Source: an uncultured Actinomycetota bacterium (lineage in GTDB: Bacteria > Actinomycetota > Actinomycetes > Streptosporangiales > Streptosporangiaceae). From it: a DNA stretch of 64,000 bases. The position numbers and the translations under genes were made by a program. The DNA is taken from positions 2,295,688 through 2,359,687 of the forward strand of contig CAWGJS010000002.1 of assembly GCA_963822955.1 (NCBI GenBank), written 5' to 3'. The notes under the pieces were generated by a model. That model searched no databases and was not told the DNA's origin. It was given only the letters and a program-made list of their open reading frames with translations. Positions 37,469 to 48,134 of the stretch are shown piece after piece. Position 1 is the stretch's first letter; each line of letters begins with the position of its first letter.

Positions 37469-40400
37469 ATGGAATTCCTGGGCGGGATCTTCGATGTCGA
37501 CGGGGTGCTGGTGGACTCGCCGCACGAGCGCGCGTGGCGTGAGGCACTCCAGGAGCTGATGGCTGGCGAATGGCGCGATATCCGCGACACAACAAGCTAC
37601 ACGCCAGAGCGGTTTACGAAGGATGTCTACCAGCAGGTGATGGCCGGACTGCCGCGACTGGCCGGGGCCCGCGCGGCGCTGGAGCACTTCAAGGTGCCTG
37701 ACGTGGACAGCCGCGTGGAGCGGTACGCGGCAGTCAAGCAGGAACACGTGGTCAAGCTGATCGAGCAGGGCCAGTTTGTGGCTTTCGCCGACGCGCTGCG
37801 GTTCATCCTGGCGGTGAAGGCCGCGGGCATCCCGGTCGCGGCCGCGTCGTCCTCGAAGAACGCCAACCTCTTCCTGCGCCAGATCCGGCTGGACACCTTC
37901 GCCGCTGAGCAGCGGCTCGAGTACCCGTTCATCCGCCCCGGGCTAAACCTGCTCGGGCTGTTCGATGCCGACATATCCGGGCGCGATTTTCCGCGCGGCA
38001 AGCCAGATCCGATGATCTTCCTGACGGCAGCGGAGGAACTCGGCGCCCAGCCCGGCAGGTGCTTCGTGGTCGAGGACGCGGTGGCCGGCGTGCAGGCCGC
38101 CAAGGCGGGCAGAATGGCGGCACTGGGCGTGGCGCGCCTCGGGGACGAGAAAATGCTGGCCGAGGCAGGCGCGGACCTGGTCGTAACCTCGCTCGACGAC
38201 GTCTCCCGGGACGCCCTGCGCGCGGGTCGGCTCGAACGCAAGTTCGCCCCGGTGCCGCGGCAGCGGCAGCAACCGCAGAGCGTGTGGTCACTTGTCTACG
38301 ATGGCTTTGACGCCGAGCACCAGGGGCTCCGGGAGACGTTGTGCGCGCTCGGAAACGGGTACTTCGTGACCCGCGGCGCCCTGCCGGAGGCGCGCGCGGA
38401 TGACGTCAACTATCCGGGCACCTACGTGGCTGGCCTGTACAACAGGCTGCAGAGCCAGGTGGCAGGCCGCGCCGTGGAGAACGAGGACCTGGTCAACGTC
38501 CCGAACTGGCTGCCGTTGCGGTTCCGGCTGGCAGGGAGGCCCTGGTTCGAGATCGCGGACGCCGACGTTCTGGAGGACCAGCTGGAACTAAACCTGAGGA
38601 CAGGCGTGCTGGCCAGGACCTTGCGCTGGCAGGACCCCGACGGCCGCCGGACCAGCATGGTGCAGCGCCGGATCGTCAGCATCAAGGATCCGCATCTGGC
38701 CGCGCTGGAGACGGTGTTCACGGCCGAGAACTGGTCGGGAACGATGGAGGTCTGGTCTGGCCTGGACGGACAGATCACCAACTCCGGCGTGAAACGCTAC
38801 CGCGACCTGGACGGGCGTCACCTCACCGTCCTGCGTGCCGGCGAAGCCAGCCAGGAAACCGTGGAGCTACAGGCCGAGACGACCCAGTCCCACGTACGGA
38901 TCGGGCTTGCTGCCAGGACGAGGGTCCGCGTCGAAGGCAGGCCCGCGGCGCCCGAGCGCCGCGTGATCACCGAGCCAGACTTCATCGCGCACTCGCTCGC
39001 TCTCCGCCTCGATCCCCACATTCCGGTGACCGTAGAAAAGATCTGCGGGCTCTACACCTCGCGCGACCGCGCGATCTCCGAGAGCCTGCTCCAGGCCCGC
39101 ACGGCAGCCGAGAACGCACCCGGCTTCGCGGCGCTGGCCGCACGGCACGCAGCGGCGTGGGACATCATGTGGAGCCGCTTCGACATCCAGCTCGACAGCG
39201 CCAACGACTGGGCCGAGACAGTACTGCACCTACACATCTTCCACGTGCTGCAAACCATCTCACCCAACTCGATCGACCTGGACGTGGGCGTCCCGGCACG
39301 CGGATGGCACGGGGAGGCATACCGCGGTCATGTCTTCTGGGACGAGATGTTCGCCTTCCCGTTCCTGAACTTCCAGCGGCCGTGGCTAGCCGGCGCGCTG
39401 CTGAACTACCGGCACGCACGCCTCGACGCGGCGCGTGCCGCCGCCAGCGCAGCCGGGTACCGGGGCGCAATGTACCCGTGGCAGAGCGGCAGCGACGGCC
39501 GCGAGGAAACCCAGCGGATGCACCTGAACCCGCAATCCGGACGCTGGCTGCCCGACCACTCACATCTCCAGCGGCACGTCAACATATCAGTCGCCTACAA
39601 CGTGTGGCAGCACTACCTCGTCACCGGCAGCCTGCAGTTTCTTCGCTTCGGCGGGGCCGAGACTCTGATCGAGATAGCGCGGTTCTTCGCGAGCCTGGCG
39701 ACCTACAATCCCGCGCTGGACCGGTACGAGATCCTCGGCGTGATGGGCCCGGATGAGTACCACGACGGGTACCCAGGCGCCGACCGGCCCGGCGTGGATA
39801 ACAACACGTATACCAACGTGATGGCAGTTTGGGTGCTGCTGCGGGCGATGCAGGCGATCGACGAGCTGCCGCCGCACTACCGCCGGGAGGTGATCGCGGA
39901 GCTCGGGCTCGACTCTGGCGAGTTGAGCCGCTGGCGGGACATCACCAGCAAGATGCGGGTCGTGATCCATAGTGATGGAGTGCTCGCCCAGTTCGAGGGC
40001 TACGACCAGCTGCAGGAGTTCGACTGGGAGGCCTACCGGGCGCGTTACGGCAACATCCGGCGGCTTGACCGCGTGCTCGAGGCCGAGGGCGATAGCACGA
40101 ACAGGTACAAGGTGTCCAAGCAGGCGGACGTCCTGATGCTGTTGTTCCTGCTGTCCCGGGACGAGCTTCGCGGGCTGCTGCGCAACCTGGGTTACGATGT
40201 CACGCCCGTACAGCTGGCGCGAACCGTGCACTACTACCTTGACCGGACTGCCGAGGGTTCGACCCTCAGCGGTGTTGTGAGTGCCTGGGTGCTGTCGCGG
40301 CTGGACCCCGCGCAGGCGTGGCGCTCGTACCTCACCGCGCTGAAGAGCGATGTCAGCGACATCCAAGGCGGGACCACCGCCGAGGGGATCCACCTCGGGG

Positions 40401-40705
40401 CCATGGCAGGAACCATCGACATGGTGCTGCGCTGCGTCACCGGGCTGCGCGCTCGCGGCGAGGCGCTCAGCTTCGATCCCGCCCTGCCGCCGGAAGTCAA
40501 GCAAGTCCGTTTCAGCATCCACTACCGCGGCCATCGGGTCGAGGTCACGCTGAGGCAGGATCTGATGTCGGTTGAGTCCCGCCCCGGCCGGGCGTCCCCG
40601 ATCAAGATCGTGGTCCGTGGAGACACCCGCGAGCTCGCGCCGGGCATGCACACTGACTTCAGCCTGGCACGCGCCGGAGCCGCCGCCGCGGCCACTGGCA
40701 GCTGA
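37469..40705 (+). CDS. fused beta-phosphoglucomutase (HAD) - glycoside hydrolase family 65 phosphorylase (kojibiose/trehalose/maltose phosphorylase-like)
   Basis: The N-terminus carries the HAD motifs FDVDGVLVDS ... GKPDPMIFL ... VVEDAVAGVQAAKAG. The remaining roughly 800 aa carry the GH65 central catalytic region (GWHGEAYRGHVFWDEMF..., YPWQSGSDGRE, ...KQADV...). Confidence 0.85.
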   Translation: MEFLGGIFDVDGVLVDSPHERAWREALQELMAGEWRDIRDTTSYTPERFTKDVYQQVMAGLPRLAGARAALEHFKVPDVDSRVERYAAVKQEHVVKLIEQGQFVAFADALRFILAVKAAGIPVAAASSSKNANLFLRQIRLDTFAAEQRLEYPFIRPGLNLLGLFDADISGRDFPRGKPDPMIFLTAAEELGAQPGRCFVVEDAVAGVQAAKAGRMAALGVARLGDEKMLAEAGADLVVTSLDDVSRDALRAGRLERKFAPVPRQRQQPQSVWSLVYDGFDAEHQGLRETLCALGNGYFVTRGALPEARADDVNYPGTYVAGLYNRLQSQVAGRAVENEDLVNVPNWLPLRFRLAGRPWFEIADADVLEDQLELNLRTGVLARTLRWQDPDGRRTSMVQRRIVSIKDPHLAALETVFTAENWSGTMEVWSGLDGQITNSGVKRYRDLDGRHLTVLRAGEASQETVELQAETTQSHVRIGLAARTRVRVEGRPAAPERRVITEPDFIAHSLALRLDPHIPVTVEKICGLYTSRDRAISESLLQARTAAENAPGFAALAARHAAAWDIMWSRFDIQLDSANDWAETVLHLHIFHVLQTISPNSIDLDVGVPARGWHGEAYRGHVFWDEMFAFPFLNFQRPWLAGALLNYRHARLDAARAAASAAGYRGAMYPWQSGSDGREETQRMHLNPQSGRWLPDHSHLQRHVNISVAYNVWQHYLVTGSLQFLRFGGAETLIEIARFFASLATYNPALDRYEILGVMGPDEYHDGYPGADRPGVDNNTYTNVMAVWVLLRAMQAIDELPPHYRREVIAELGLDSGELSRWRDITSKMRVVIHSDGVLAQFEGYDQLQEFDWEAYRARYGNIRRLDRVLEAEGDSTNRYKVSKQADVLMLLFLLSRDELRGLLRNLGYDVTPVQLARTVHYYLDRTAEGSTLSGVVSAWVLSRLDPAQAWRSYLTALKSDVSDIQGGTTAEGIHLGAMAGTIDMVLRCVTGLRARGEALSFDPALPPEVKQVRFSIHYRGHRVEVTLRQDLMSVESRPGRASPIKIVVRGDTRELAPGMHTDFSLARAGAAAAATGS

Positions 40706-40750
40706 AGAGCTCGGACCGCCCTCCACGCCTCCTGCGCTGATGCCCGCTGG

Positions 40751-41908
40751 TCAGCGGACCCCGTACAGGTGCTCGAGGGCGAGCTGGTCCAGGTACTCGA
40801 ACGCCATCCCTCTACGGCCGAGCGCATCGGCGTCGGGAGTGTATTCGGCGACGTCCCGCCAGGTTTCGCCCTCCGCTAGGGTCGGGACACTCAGCTGGTC
40901 GACCCGCGCCGCCGCTAGCGCTGCAATCACCTCCGGATCGGCGCGGAACGCACGCACCTTCTCCCGCAGGATGAGGTAGTTGCGCATGCACGCCGCCGCG
41001 GACGCCCAGACGCCGTCGTCGTCCTCGGTCCGCGGCGGCTTGTAGTCGAAGTGGATCGGCCCGTCGTAACCGCCGGACGTCAGCGCGTCGACAACCCAGA
41101 ACGCGCCCCGCGCGTTGCCCGCTCCGAACCGCAGGTCCTGATCGTATCGAGGTCCGTTCTGGCCGTTGAGGTCGATGTGGAATAGCTTGCCGTGCCACAG
41201 GGCCTGGCTGATGGCGTGCGCGTAGTTCAGCCCGGCCATTTCCTCATGACCGACCTCGGGGTTGATGCCGACGAGGTCAGGGTGCTCTAGCTCCGTGATG
41301 AAGGCGAGGGCATGCCCGGCTGTCGGCAGCAGGATGTCCCCGCGTGGCTCGTTCGGCTTGGGCTCGATCGCGAATCGCAGATCGTAGCCGTGATCGAGAA
41401 CATAGGCGCCCAGCACGTCAAGTGCTTCCTTGTACCGGGCCAGGGCTGAGCGGACGTCCTTGCTCGCGCCGGACTCCGCGCCCTCCCGGCCGCCCCAGCA
41501 GACGTACACCGCCGCCCCGAGCTCGGCGGCGAGATCGAGGTTGCGCATGACCTTGGCCAGCGCGAACCGCCGGACGTCGCGGTCGTTGGCGGTGAACGCT
41601 CCCTCTTTGAACACCGGATGGCTGAACAGGTTCGTAGTCGCGGTGGTCACGACCATGCCAGTGTCGGCCAGCGCCTGCCGGAATCCGGCGATCCGCTGCT
41701 CCCGCTCCGCCTGGCTCGCGTCGAAGTCGAAAACGTCGTTGTCGTGGAAGTTGACGCCGTAGGCGCCGAGCTCAGCCAGCTTGCGGACAGCCCGGTCCGC
41801 TGCCATGGGCGGTCGTACGGCCGGGCCGAAAACGTCGACACCCTGCCAGCCGACCGTCCAGATACCGAATGAGAAACGATCCGCTGGTGTCGGTACGAAG
41901 CGGGTCAT
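40751..41908 (-). CDS. xylA: xylose isomerase (actinobacterial short type)
   Basis: [16 protein letters not shown]...FHDNDV...[10 protein letters not shown]...[18 protein letters not shown]...[13 protein letters not shown]. Confidence 0.9.
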   Translation of the reverse strand: MTRFVPTPADRFSFGIWTVGWQGVDVFGPAVRPPMAADRAVRKLAELGAYGVNFHDNDVFDFDASQAEREQRIAGFRQALADTGMVVTTATTNLFSHPVFKEGAFTANDRDVRRFALAKVMRNLDLAAELGAAVYVCWGGREGAESGASKDVRSALARYKEALDVLGAYVLDHGYDLRFAIEPKPNEPRGDILLPTAGHALAFITELEHPDLVGINPEVGHEEMAGLNYAHAISQALWHGKLFHIDLNGQNGPRYDQDLRFGAGNARGAFWVVDALTSGGYDGPIHFDYKPPRTEDDDGVWASAAACMRNYLILREKVRAFRADPEVIAALAAARVDQLSVPTLAEGETWRDVAEYTPDADALGRRGMAFEYLDQLALEHLYGVR

Positions 41909-41958
41909 CGAGAGTTCCTCTCAGGTGAGCTCGGGCGTGAGACTGGAGTGGCGGGAGG

Positions 41959-42945
41959 CTAACGGATCGCGTCCTCCAGCTGCTCGCCGAGAGCGGCCAG
42001 TTCGTGGCGGCGGGGCAGTCCCTCGCAGTCGCCCGGCACGCCGACGGCGAAGGCTCCGGCCATGATCGCTGTGCGCAGCCGCGTCTGGGGGAGCTCCTGT
42101 GCCAGGCGGTCGGCCAGGTATCCGGCCGCGAATGCGTCACCGGCTCCCACCGGGTCCACCACGACGACGCTGGGCGCGGGAAGTCTGAAGTCAGCGCCGT
42201 CGATCAGCGCTGAGCACCCGCGCGGTCCATCCCTGACGATGACCTCAGACGGCCCGAGTGCGGCCAGGCGATGTAGCAGCGCGCGCTCGTCTCCGGCATC
42301 CGCATCTCCGAGCAGCAGGCGAGCCTCGCCGGGACCCGCCATCAGGATGTCGGAACGCTTGGCCAGCGCTCGCAGCACCGGTCCGGCTGTGGCGGGCGAC
42401 CACAGCTTGGCCCGGTAGTTTACGTCGAGGCAGACGGTCAGGCCGAGCGCCCGCGCGCGCTCGGCAGCATCAAAAACTGCCCGCCGGGCTGACTCCGACA
42501 GCGCCGGGGTGATACCGGTCAGATGCAGGATTGCCGCGCCGGCGAACAGGCCGTCGGGAATGTCAGTAGCACACAGCCTGGTGGCAGCGCTGCCGGCACG
42601 GTGGTAGTCGACACTGAAGTGCCCGGCGACCCGCTGGTGCCGCAGCATCAGGCCGGTATATCCGCCATCCCTGATGACGTGCACGCGAATCCCTTCAGCG
42701 CGGAGCCGGCGCTCGATCATGTCGCCGGTGGAGTCGCAGCCAAGCCGGCCTATCCAGGTCACCGGTGCGCCAAGCCGCGCCGCTCCGATCGCTACGTTGC
42801 TCTCGGCTCCGCCTATGCCGTACCGGAATGCGGCAGCGAAGTCGATCGGCCCGATGTCGGAGGTGCTGATCAGGCCCATCGATTCACCGAACGTGACCAG
42901 TCGGCCGGGCGTGTCGCGGAGGCAGTCCTGGGCGTCGCTTGTCAT
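41959..42945 (-). CDS. kdgK: PfkB-family sugar kinase, 2-dehydro-3-deoxygluconokinase-like
   Basis: GGAESNVAIGAARLG ... DPVGAGDAFAAGYL. The ATG overlaps the eda stop (ATGA). Confidence 0.8.
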   Translation of the reverse strand: MTSDAQDCLRDTPGRLVTFGESMGLISTSDIGPIDFAAAFRYGIGGAESNVAIGAARLGAPVTWIGRLGCDSTGDMIERRLRAEGIRVHVIRDGGYTGLMLRHQRVAGHFSVDYHRAGSAATRLCATDIPDGLFAGAAILHLTGITPALSESARRAVFDAAERARALGLTVCLDVNYRAKLWSPATAGPVLRALAKRSDILMAGPGEARLLLGDADAGDERALLHRLAALGPSEVIVRDGPRGCSALIDGADFRLPAPSVVVVDPVGAGDAFAAGYLADRLAQELPQTRLRTAIMAGAFAVGVPGDCEGLPRRHELAALGEQLEDAIR

Positions 42946-43676
42946 CGGGGTGACTCCCGGCCGGCTACCAGCGCGGCAGCCTGTGAGACGAGCTCGCGGA
43001 TGCGATCCCAGCGGCTGCCGGCGATCAGCTCCGTGGCTGCCATCCAGGTGCCGCCGACGGCGAGGACAAACGGGGCGGCGAGGTACTGGCCCGCATTTGC
43101 CGGGGTGATCCCGCCGGTCGGGATGAACCGCATCTCCGGAAACGGTCCGGCCAGGGCTGACAGAGTCCGCAGGCCGCCGCTCGCCTCGGCTGGGAAGAAC
43201 TTGCACGCCGCAAGGCCTGCGCGGCGGACCCGCTGGATCTCGGTGGCAGTCACGGCACCTGGCAGCACAGGCAGTGAGCGTTCCTGGCACGCGTCCACGA
43301 CATCGGGATCAAAGCCGGGCGAGACAGCAAACTGCGCGCCCGCGTCCGCGGCGGCCGCGACCTGCGAGGCGTCCAGCACGGTGCCCGCCCCGGCGACGAA
43401 CCCGGGATAACGGGCCATCACGGCCAGTGCGCCGAGCGCAGCTGGCGTCCGGAGGGTGATCTCAGCACCGCCGATGCCGCCAGCGATTAAGGCCTCAGCG
43501 AGCGGAGCCGCCTGACCGACGTCGTCGATCACCACGACCGGGATGATGCCCAGGCCGCTGATCGCCCCGAGCGGTCCGGATTCGGCCAGGTCACCGCTGT
43601 ACTGATCAGCGCCGGCCGGCCCGTCATCGGCTGAACCGTGCCAGGTCCGCGCCGCTCCTGGGGTGACCGGGCTCAC
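42942..43676 (-). CDS. eda: KDPG / 4-hydroxy-2-oxoglutarate aldolase
   Basis: IIPVVVIDD...AEITLRTPAAL...GAGTVL...FAVSPG...KFFPAEASGG...FIPTGGI. Confidence 0.85.
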   Translation of the reverse strand: MSPVTPGAARTWHGSADDGPAGADQYSGDLAESGPLGAISGLGIIPVVVIDDVGQAAPLAEALIAGGIGGAEITLRTPAALGALAVMARYPGFVAGAGTVLDASQVAAAADAGAQFAVSPGFDPDVVDACQERSLPVLPGAVTATEIQRVRRAGLAACKFFPAEASGGLRTLSALAGPFPEMRFIPTGGITPANAGQYLAAPFVLAVGGTWMAATELIAGSRWDRIRELVSQAAALVAGRESPR

Positions 43677-44482
43677 GGCACGCCCTCGCCGAACACGCGA
43701 CGCTGGATCTCGCGGCGGTAGTCCTTGAGCGTGTTGTCCAGGTGCACGTAAGTGGCCTCGGCGGCAGCATCAGGCTTCCCGGTCTGGATGGCACGGTAGA
43801 TGGCCTCGTGCTCCTCGACCGCCTCGGCCGCGTGACCGCCGACGCCCCGGATTCCGATAACGCTCGACTGGCGCTGCAGCCGCCGCGCCTCCCGCACTGC
43901 CGCCACAAGGAAGAAGTTGTGCGAGGCGGCAGCCACGCCGAGGTGGAAGTCGTCGTCGCCCGCCTCGAATTCGGAGTCTTCGCGGCCGAGGTAGCCGCGC
44001 CGGCAGGTCTGCACGGCGGTCTCGATGACCCGCAGTTCCGACGGACTGGCGCGGGTCGCGGCGAGCCTGCTGGCTTCTGCCTCCTGGACGCGCCGGAACT
44101 CGAACAACATGAAGATGTGGTCCAGGTTCGTGGGCCGGAAAAAGCCGCCGAACGGGGTCGCTCCGAGCACGTTCTCGCCGTCCGCGACAAACAGGCCGCG
44201 GCCCTTCTGAGCGCTGACCCTGCCGGTCGCTGAGAGGATCTTTACTGCCTCGCGCACGACAGTGCGGCTGGCGCCGAGCTGAGCTGCGAGTTCGTTCTCG
44301 GTAAACAGACGATCGCCTGGCGCGAGCCCGAGGTCGGCGATGAGCTGCAGGATCTGCTCGGCCACGATCTCATAACCCGGACGGTAACCGCCCCGACTGC
44401 CATGCCTGACCTTGGCGCCTCGCGACGTCGGGGGCAGCGCGGGAGCCGCGCTTGCATCGACGCTCGACAGCTCCGCATCCAC
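43673..44482 (-). CDS. GntR-family (FadR/FCD subfamily) transcriptional regulator
   Basis: Winged HTH LFTENELAAQLGASRTVVREAVKILSATGRV plus a C-terminal FCD domain. The stop overlaps the eda GTG. Confidence 0.85.
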   Translation of the reverse strand: MDAELSSVDASAAPALPPTSRGAKVRHGSRGGYRPGYEIVAEQILQLIADLGLAPGDRLFTENELAAQLGASRTVVREAVKILSATGRVSAQKGRGLFVADGENVLGATPFGGFFRPTNLDHIFMLFEFRRVQEAEASRLAATRASPSELRVIETAVQTCRRGYLGREDSEFEAGDDDFHLGVAAASHNFFLVAAVREARRLQRQSSVIGIRGVGGHAAEAVEEHEAIYRAIQTGKPDAAAEATYVHLDNTLKDYRREIQRRVFGEGVP

Positions 44483-44902
44483 CAGCCTGCCTCCCCTCGT
44501 CGGCCATTGCCACCATTATGACTGAAACGTGACACTGCCTTTGATCGTATCTATTACATCATCCGATCGTCAATATAAGTATGAAATAATTGTTGCACTT
44601 GCATCACGAACCATATTCCATAGTCAGCCAAATGGGTTGATATGCACACACTAAAGCGGAAGGAGCGAACACGCAGAGAAAGATAGGTCTGCGAGGGTCT
44701 TGACGACTTGGTCCGTCCGGTCTGCTAATTATGGGCAAGCACGTGCCAGGTTCCAATCTGGCCCGGAGAACGCTCGGGGCCAGCCTCAGCTGGCCCGCCA
44801 AAAGGGCCGAAATGCGAGCCAGATAAGTAGTACACATTCAGACGGCCCATCGGCTCCCATCCAGATGGCAGCCGTCTTGACGACACGAGCAATGGAGCTG
44901 CC

Positions 44903-46291
44903 ATGCCCCCGATGAACGGCACCAGCCGGGTGCTCACTCCGACAGGCCCATCCCGCCGGCGCGCCTTCGCGGCCGCGGGCCTGGCCGCCACGGTCGCCAT
45001 CGCGATCGCGGCGTGCGGCGGCGGATCCTCCTCTTCCACGGGTAGCGCGATGAAGGACGGCTTCCATCAGGCCACGCAGTCCTCCTCGGGCGCGCTGACG
45101 GTATGGGTGGACTCCACCCGCGTCCCGGCCGCGCAGGCCTACCAGAAGGCGCATCCCAATGTGAAGCTGAACATCGTCACCTACGACGGCGACGCGAATG
45201 GCTCGAACTTCCTCCAGACTAAGGTCGACCTGTACAACCGGACCGGCAGCGGCTGGCCCGACGTCGTGTTCAGCAGCCAGCAGAACGAGACGACCTGGGC
45301 CGTCACAGCCGGATATGCCGCCCCGCTGAACGAGGGCCTCATCCCGCAGTCCACACTGGGCAGCTTCGCCGCCGGGTCCCTGAACGTGTGCACGGTCGGC
45401 GGCAAGGTGTACTGCCTGCGCAACGACCTGGCCCAGGTAGTGCTGTGGTACAACGCCGCGCTCATGAAGAAGTGGGGCTACCAGGTGCCCACCACATGGC
45501 CGCAGTACGAGGCACTCGGCCTGAAGGTGGCCAAACAGCATCCCGGCTACCTGGTCGGCAACGCCGGGGACACCTTCACCCCCGAGATCTACATGTGGGC
45601 CAGCCAGTGCCAGGGCAGCGACATCACCGGTCCGCGCTCGGTGACAGTCAACGTCACCAGCCCCAACTGCACGCGCATGGCATCCCTGCTGGACACGCTG
45701 ATCAAGGCCGGCTCGATGTCAAAGCTCAGCGTATTCAGCACGGCCTTCGACAAGAACGAGCATGGCAAGGTGCTGATGCTCCCGGGCCCGTCCTGGTTCT
45801 CCGGCGCGGTCTTCGACAGCACTTCCGGCCTTAACGTTCCGAAGGGCCAGATGGCGGCCGCGCCCATCCCCCAGTGGCCAGGTACCTCCACGGCCAGCAC
45901 GGGCAACGTCGGCGGCGGCACCTGGCTGCTGTCGGCGCACTCGACGCATCTCAGTGAGGCGGTTAACTTCATCACCTGGGTGACCACGAACGACGCCTAC
46001 CAGGGCGACCTGGCTCCGGGATTCCCCGCCTACGTCCCGGCCGCCAAGGTGTGGCTAGCCCACCAGACCAGCTCCGGGTACTTCGCCAACGACATCGCGC
46101 CCGTGCTCGAGCAGGCCGCCGGCCAGGTCTGGCCCGGCTGGAACTACGGCAAATGGAGCAACGAGGCGATCTGGGCCGCCACGATCGACCCTGGCCTGAC
46201 TGCCGGCAAGACCATCGTGTCGATGCTGCCCGCCTGGCAGACCGCGATCACCAACTACGCCACGTCCGACGGCTACACGGTTAGTCATTGA
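44903..46291 (+). CDS. ABC transporter extracellular sugar-binding lipoprotein (family 1 SBP)
   Basis: SRRRAFAAAGLAATVAIAIAACGGG is a signal with a lipobox. An SBP_bac_1-like body follows. GGAG RBS. Confidence 0.85.
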   Translation: MPPMNGTSRVLTPTGPSRRRAFAAAGLAATVAIAIAACGGGSSSSTGSAMKDGFHQATQSSSGALTVWVDSTRVPAAQAYQKAHPNVKLNIVTYDGDANGSNFLQTKVDLYNRTGSGWPDVVFSSQQNETTWAVTAGYAAPLNEGLIPQSTLGSFAAGSLNVCTVGGKVYCLRNDLAQVVLWYNAALMKKWGYQVPTTWPQYEALGLKVAKQHPGYLVGNAGDTFTPEIYMWASQCQGSDITGPRSVTVNVTSPNCTRMASLLDTLIKAGSMSKLSVFSTAFDKNEHGKVLMLPGPSWFSGAVFDSTSGLNVPKGQMAAAPIPQWPGTSTASTGNVGGGTWLLSAHSTHLSEAVNFITWVTTNDAYQGDLAPGFPAYVPAAKVWLAHQTSSGYFANDIAPVLEQAAGQVWPGWNYGKWSNEAIWAATIDPGLTAGKTIVSMLPAWQTAITNYATSDGYTVSH

Positions 46292-47196
46292 GCCCCACCG
46301 GTACCGAGCAGGCCGGGGCGCGCCTCCGCGGCGCGCCCCGGCTGGTCTCGGCCGGCCACCTCTTCGTCGCCGGCTACGTGCTCCTGCTCGCCGCGTTCGG
46401 CATTCTGCCGACCGCCTACGGCATCTACTTCGCATTCAGCACCGCCGGGAACACCTTCGCCGGGCTGTCTAACTTCACCGGCGCCTTCCAGGACTTCCGG
46501 TACCTTCCTGCCGTCGGGCACGTCGGGTTCTACCTGGTGATCTGGCTGGTCAGTCTCGTCGTGTTCGTCACTGGCCTGGCGATCGTCCTCCAGCAGCTGC
46601 CTGCCCGGCGGCTCAGCAGAATGGTCCGCTTCCTCTACTACCTTCCCGGAGCGCTTGCTGGCGCGGCCAGCGTCATGGTCTGGCTGTTCATGCTCGACCC
46701 GACCGTCAGCCCTGCCGCCCCCTTGCTGCGGCTACTCGGCTACGACACCTTCGGCCAGGTCATCGAGCCCGGGCACCTGACGATCCTGTTCGCCATGATT
46801 GCGTTCTGGACCGGCGCGGGCGGCTGGATCGTAGTGATGTCCGGTGCACTCAACAACATCCCGCACGAGCTCCTCGAGGCGGCGCGCATCGACGGCGCTG
46901 GCGGGTGGAACATAGCCCGCCGGATCCAGATCCCGATGCTGCGCAAATGGATCGTCTACATGGTGATCTTGGCGTTCGCCGGCGGCACGCAGCTGTTCGT
47001 CGAACCCCAGCTCATCTCCGAGGCCAGCCTGGGCGTGGCCGGCCGCGACTTCTCGCTCACGCAGCTGTCCTACGACTTCGCGTTCCAGAACAACAACGTC
47101 AACTATGCCGCGGCGATCTCGGTCGAGCTGCTCCTGGTCTGCCTGGTCGTCGCGGCGCTGTTCGTGACCCGATCGAGGTTCTTCGATGCGAGCTGA
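46288..47196 (+). CDS. carbohydrate ABC transporter permease (MalF-type)
   Basis: Six TM segments. EAA loop LLEAARIDGAGGWNIARRIQIPML. Confidence 0.85.
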   Translation: MSPTGTEQAGARLRGAPRLVSAGHLFVAGYVLLLAAFGILPTAYGIYFAFSTAGNTFAGLSNFTGAFQDFRYLPAVGHVGFYLVIWLVSLVVFVTGLAIVLQQLPARRLSRMVRFLYYLPGALAGAASVMVWLFMLDPTVSPAAPLLRLLGYDTFGQVIEPGHLTILFAMIAFWTGAGGWIVVMSGALNNIPHELLEAARIDGAGGWNIARRIQIPMLRKWIVYMVILAFAGGTQLFVEPQLISEASLGVAGRDFSLTQLSYDFAFQNNNVNYAAAISVELLLVCLVVAALFVTRSRFFDAS

Positions 47197-48133
47197 CACA
47201 ATCGCACCGGCTGCACCGAGGGCATCCGCCGGCAGGCAGGCGCGCCCCGTGCTTCGCAGGCTGCCGCGCCCCGCGGCGATGCCCGGCTACCTGGCCGCCG
47301 CGGTGCTGCTCGCCGCCTTCCTGCTCTTCTTCATCCTGCCAGTGCTGTGGCTGCTGCTCGCCGCGACCAAGACCGACCCGCAACTGGTCTACCGTAGCCC
47401 GTTCTCCTTCGGGTCCTGGCACGCGCTGCGGGACAACTGGGACGCGCTGACGAGATTCCAGGGCGACACGATCCTGCTCTGGCTGCGGAACTCGGCGATC
47501 CAGGCCTCGCTCGCCCTGCTGATCAGCCTGCTAGCCGGCATCCCCGCCGGCTACGCGCTGGCGATGATCGAGTTCCGAGGCCGCCGGGCCTTGCTGATCC
47601 TCACACTCGTCGTGATGCTGATGCCGGCCACGACCCTGGTCATCCCGTTGTTCCTGGAAATCAACGCGGTGCACCTGATCGGGACGGTCTGGTCGGTCGT
47701 GCTGCCGTACTCGTTCTATCCGTTCGGTGTCTACCTGACCTACATCTACTTCAGCACCGCGCTGCCGCCAGATCTGCTCGACGCCGCCCGGATCGACGGC
47801 TGCACAGAGTTCGGGGCGTTCCGGCGTGTCGCGCTGCCGCTCGCTACGCCGGTCATCGCGCTCGTCGGGTTCTTCAGCTTCGTGGCGAACTGGACGAACT
47901 ACTTCCTGCCCTACGTGATGCTGCCGTCGAGCAACCAGTACCCGATCCAGGTCGGCCTCGGGTTGCTGATTACCGACGTCCCGCAGTTCAACCCGACCGC
48001 GGGCACCGCGGCGGTGCTCCGGCCCGAGGTCGCGCTGGCCACACTGCTGGCGATCAGCCCGGTGCTCCTGGTCTTTCTGTTCGCCCAGCGGTTCCTCATC
48101 ACCGGGCTGCTCGCCGGTGCCACGAAAGGCTGA
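47186..48133 (+). CDS. carbohydrate ABC transporter permease (MalG-type)
   Basis: EAA loop LLDAARIDGCTEFGAFRRVALPLA. Confidence 0.85.
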   Translation: MRADTIAPAAPRASAGRQARPVLRRLPRPAAMPGYLAAAVLLAAFLLFFILPVLWLLLAATKTDPQLVYRSPFSFGSWHALRDNWDALTRFQGDTILLWLRNSAIQASLALLISLLAGIPAGYALAMIEFRGRRALLILTLVVMLMPATTLVIPLFLEINAVHLIGTVWSVVLPYSFYPFGVYLTYIYFSTALPPDLLDAARIDGCTEFGAFRRVALPLATPVIALVGFFSFVANWTNYFLPYVMLPSSNQYPIQVGLGLLITDVPQFNPTAGTAAVLRPEVALATLLAISPVLLVFLFAQRFLITGLLAGATKG

Positions 48134-48134
48134 G

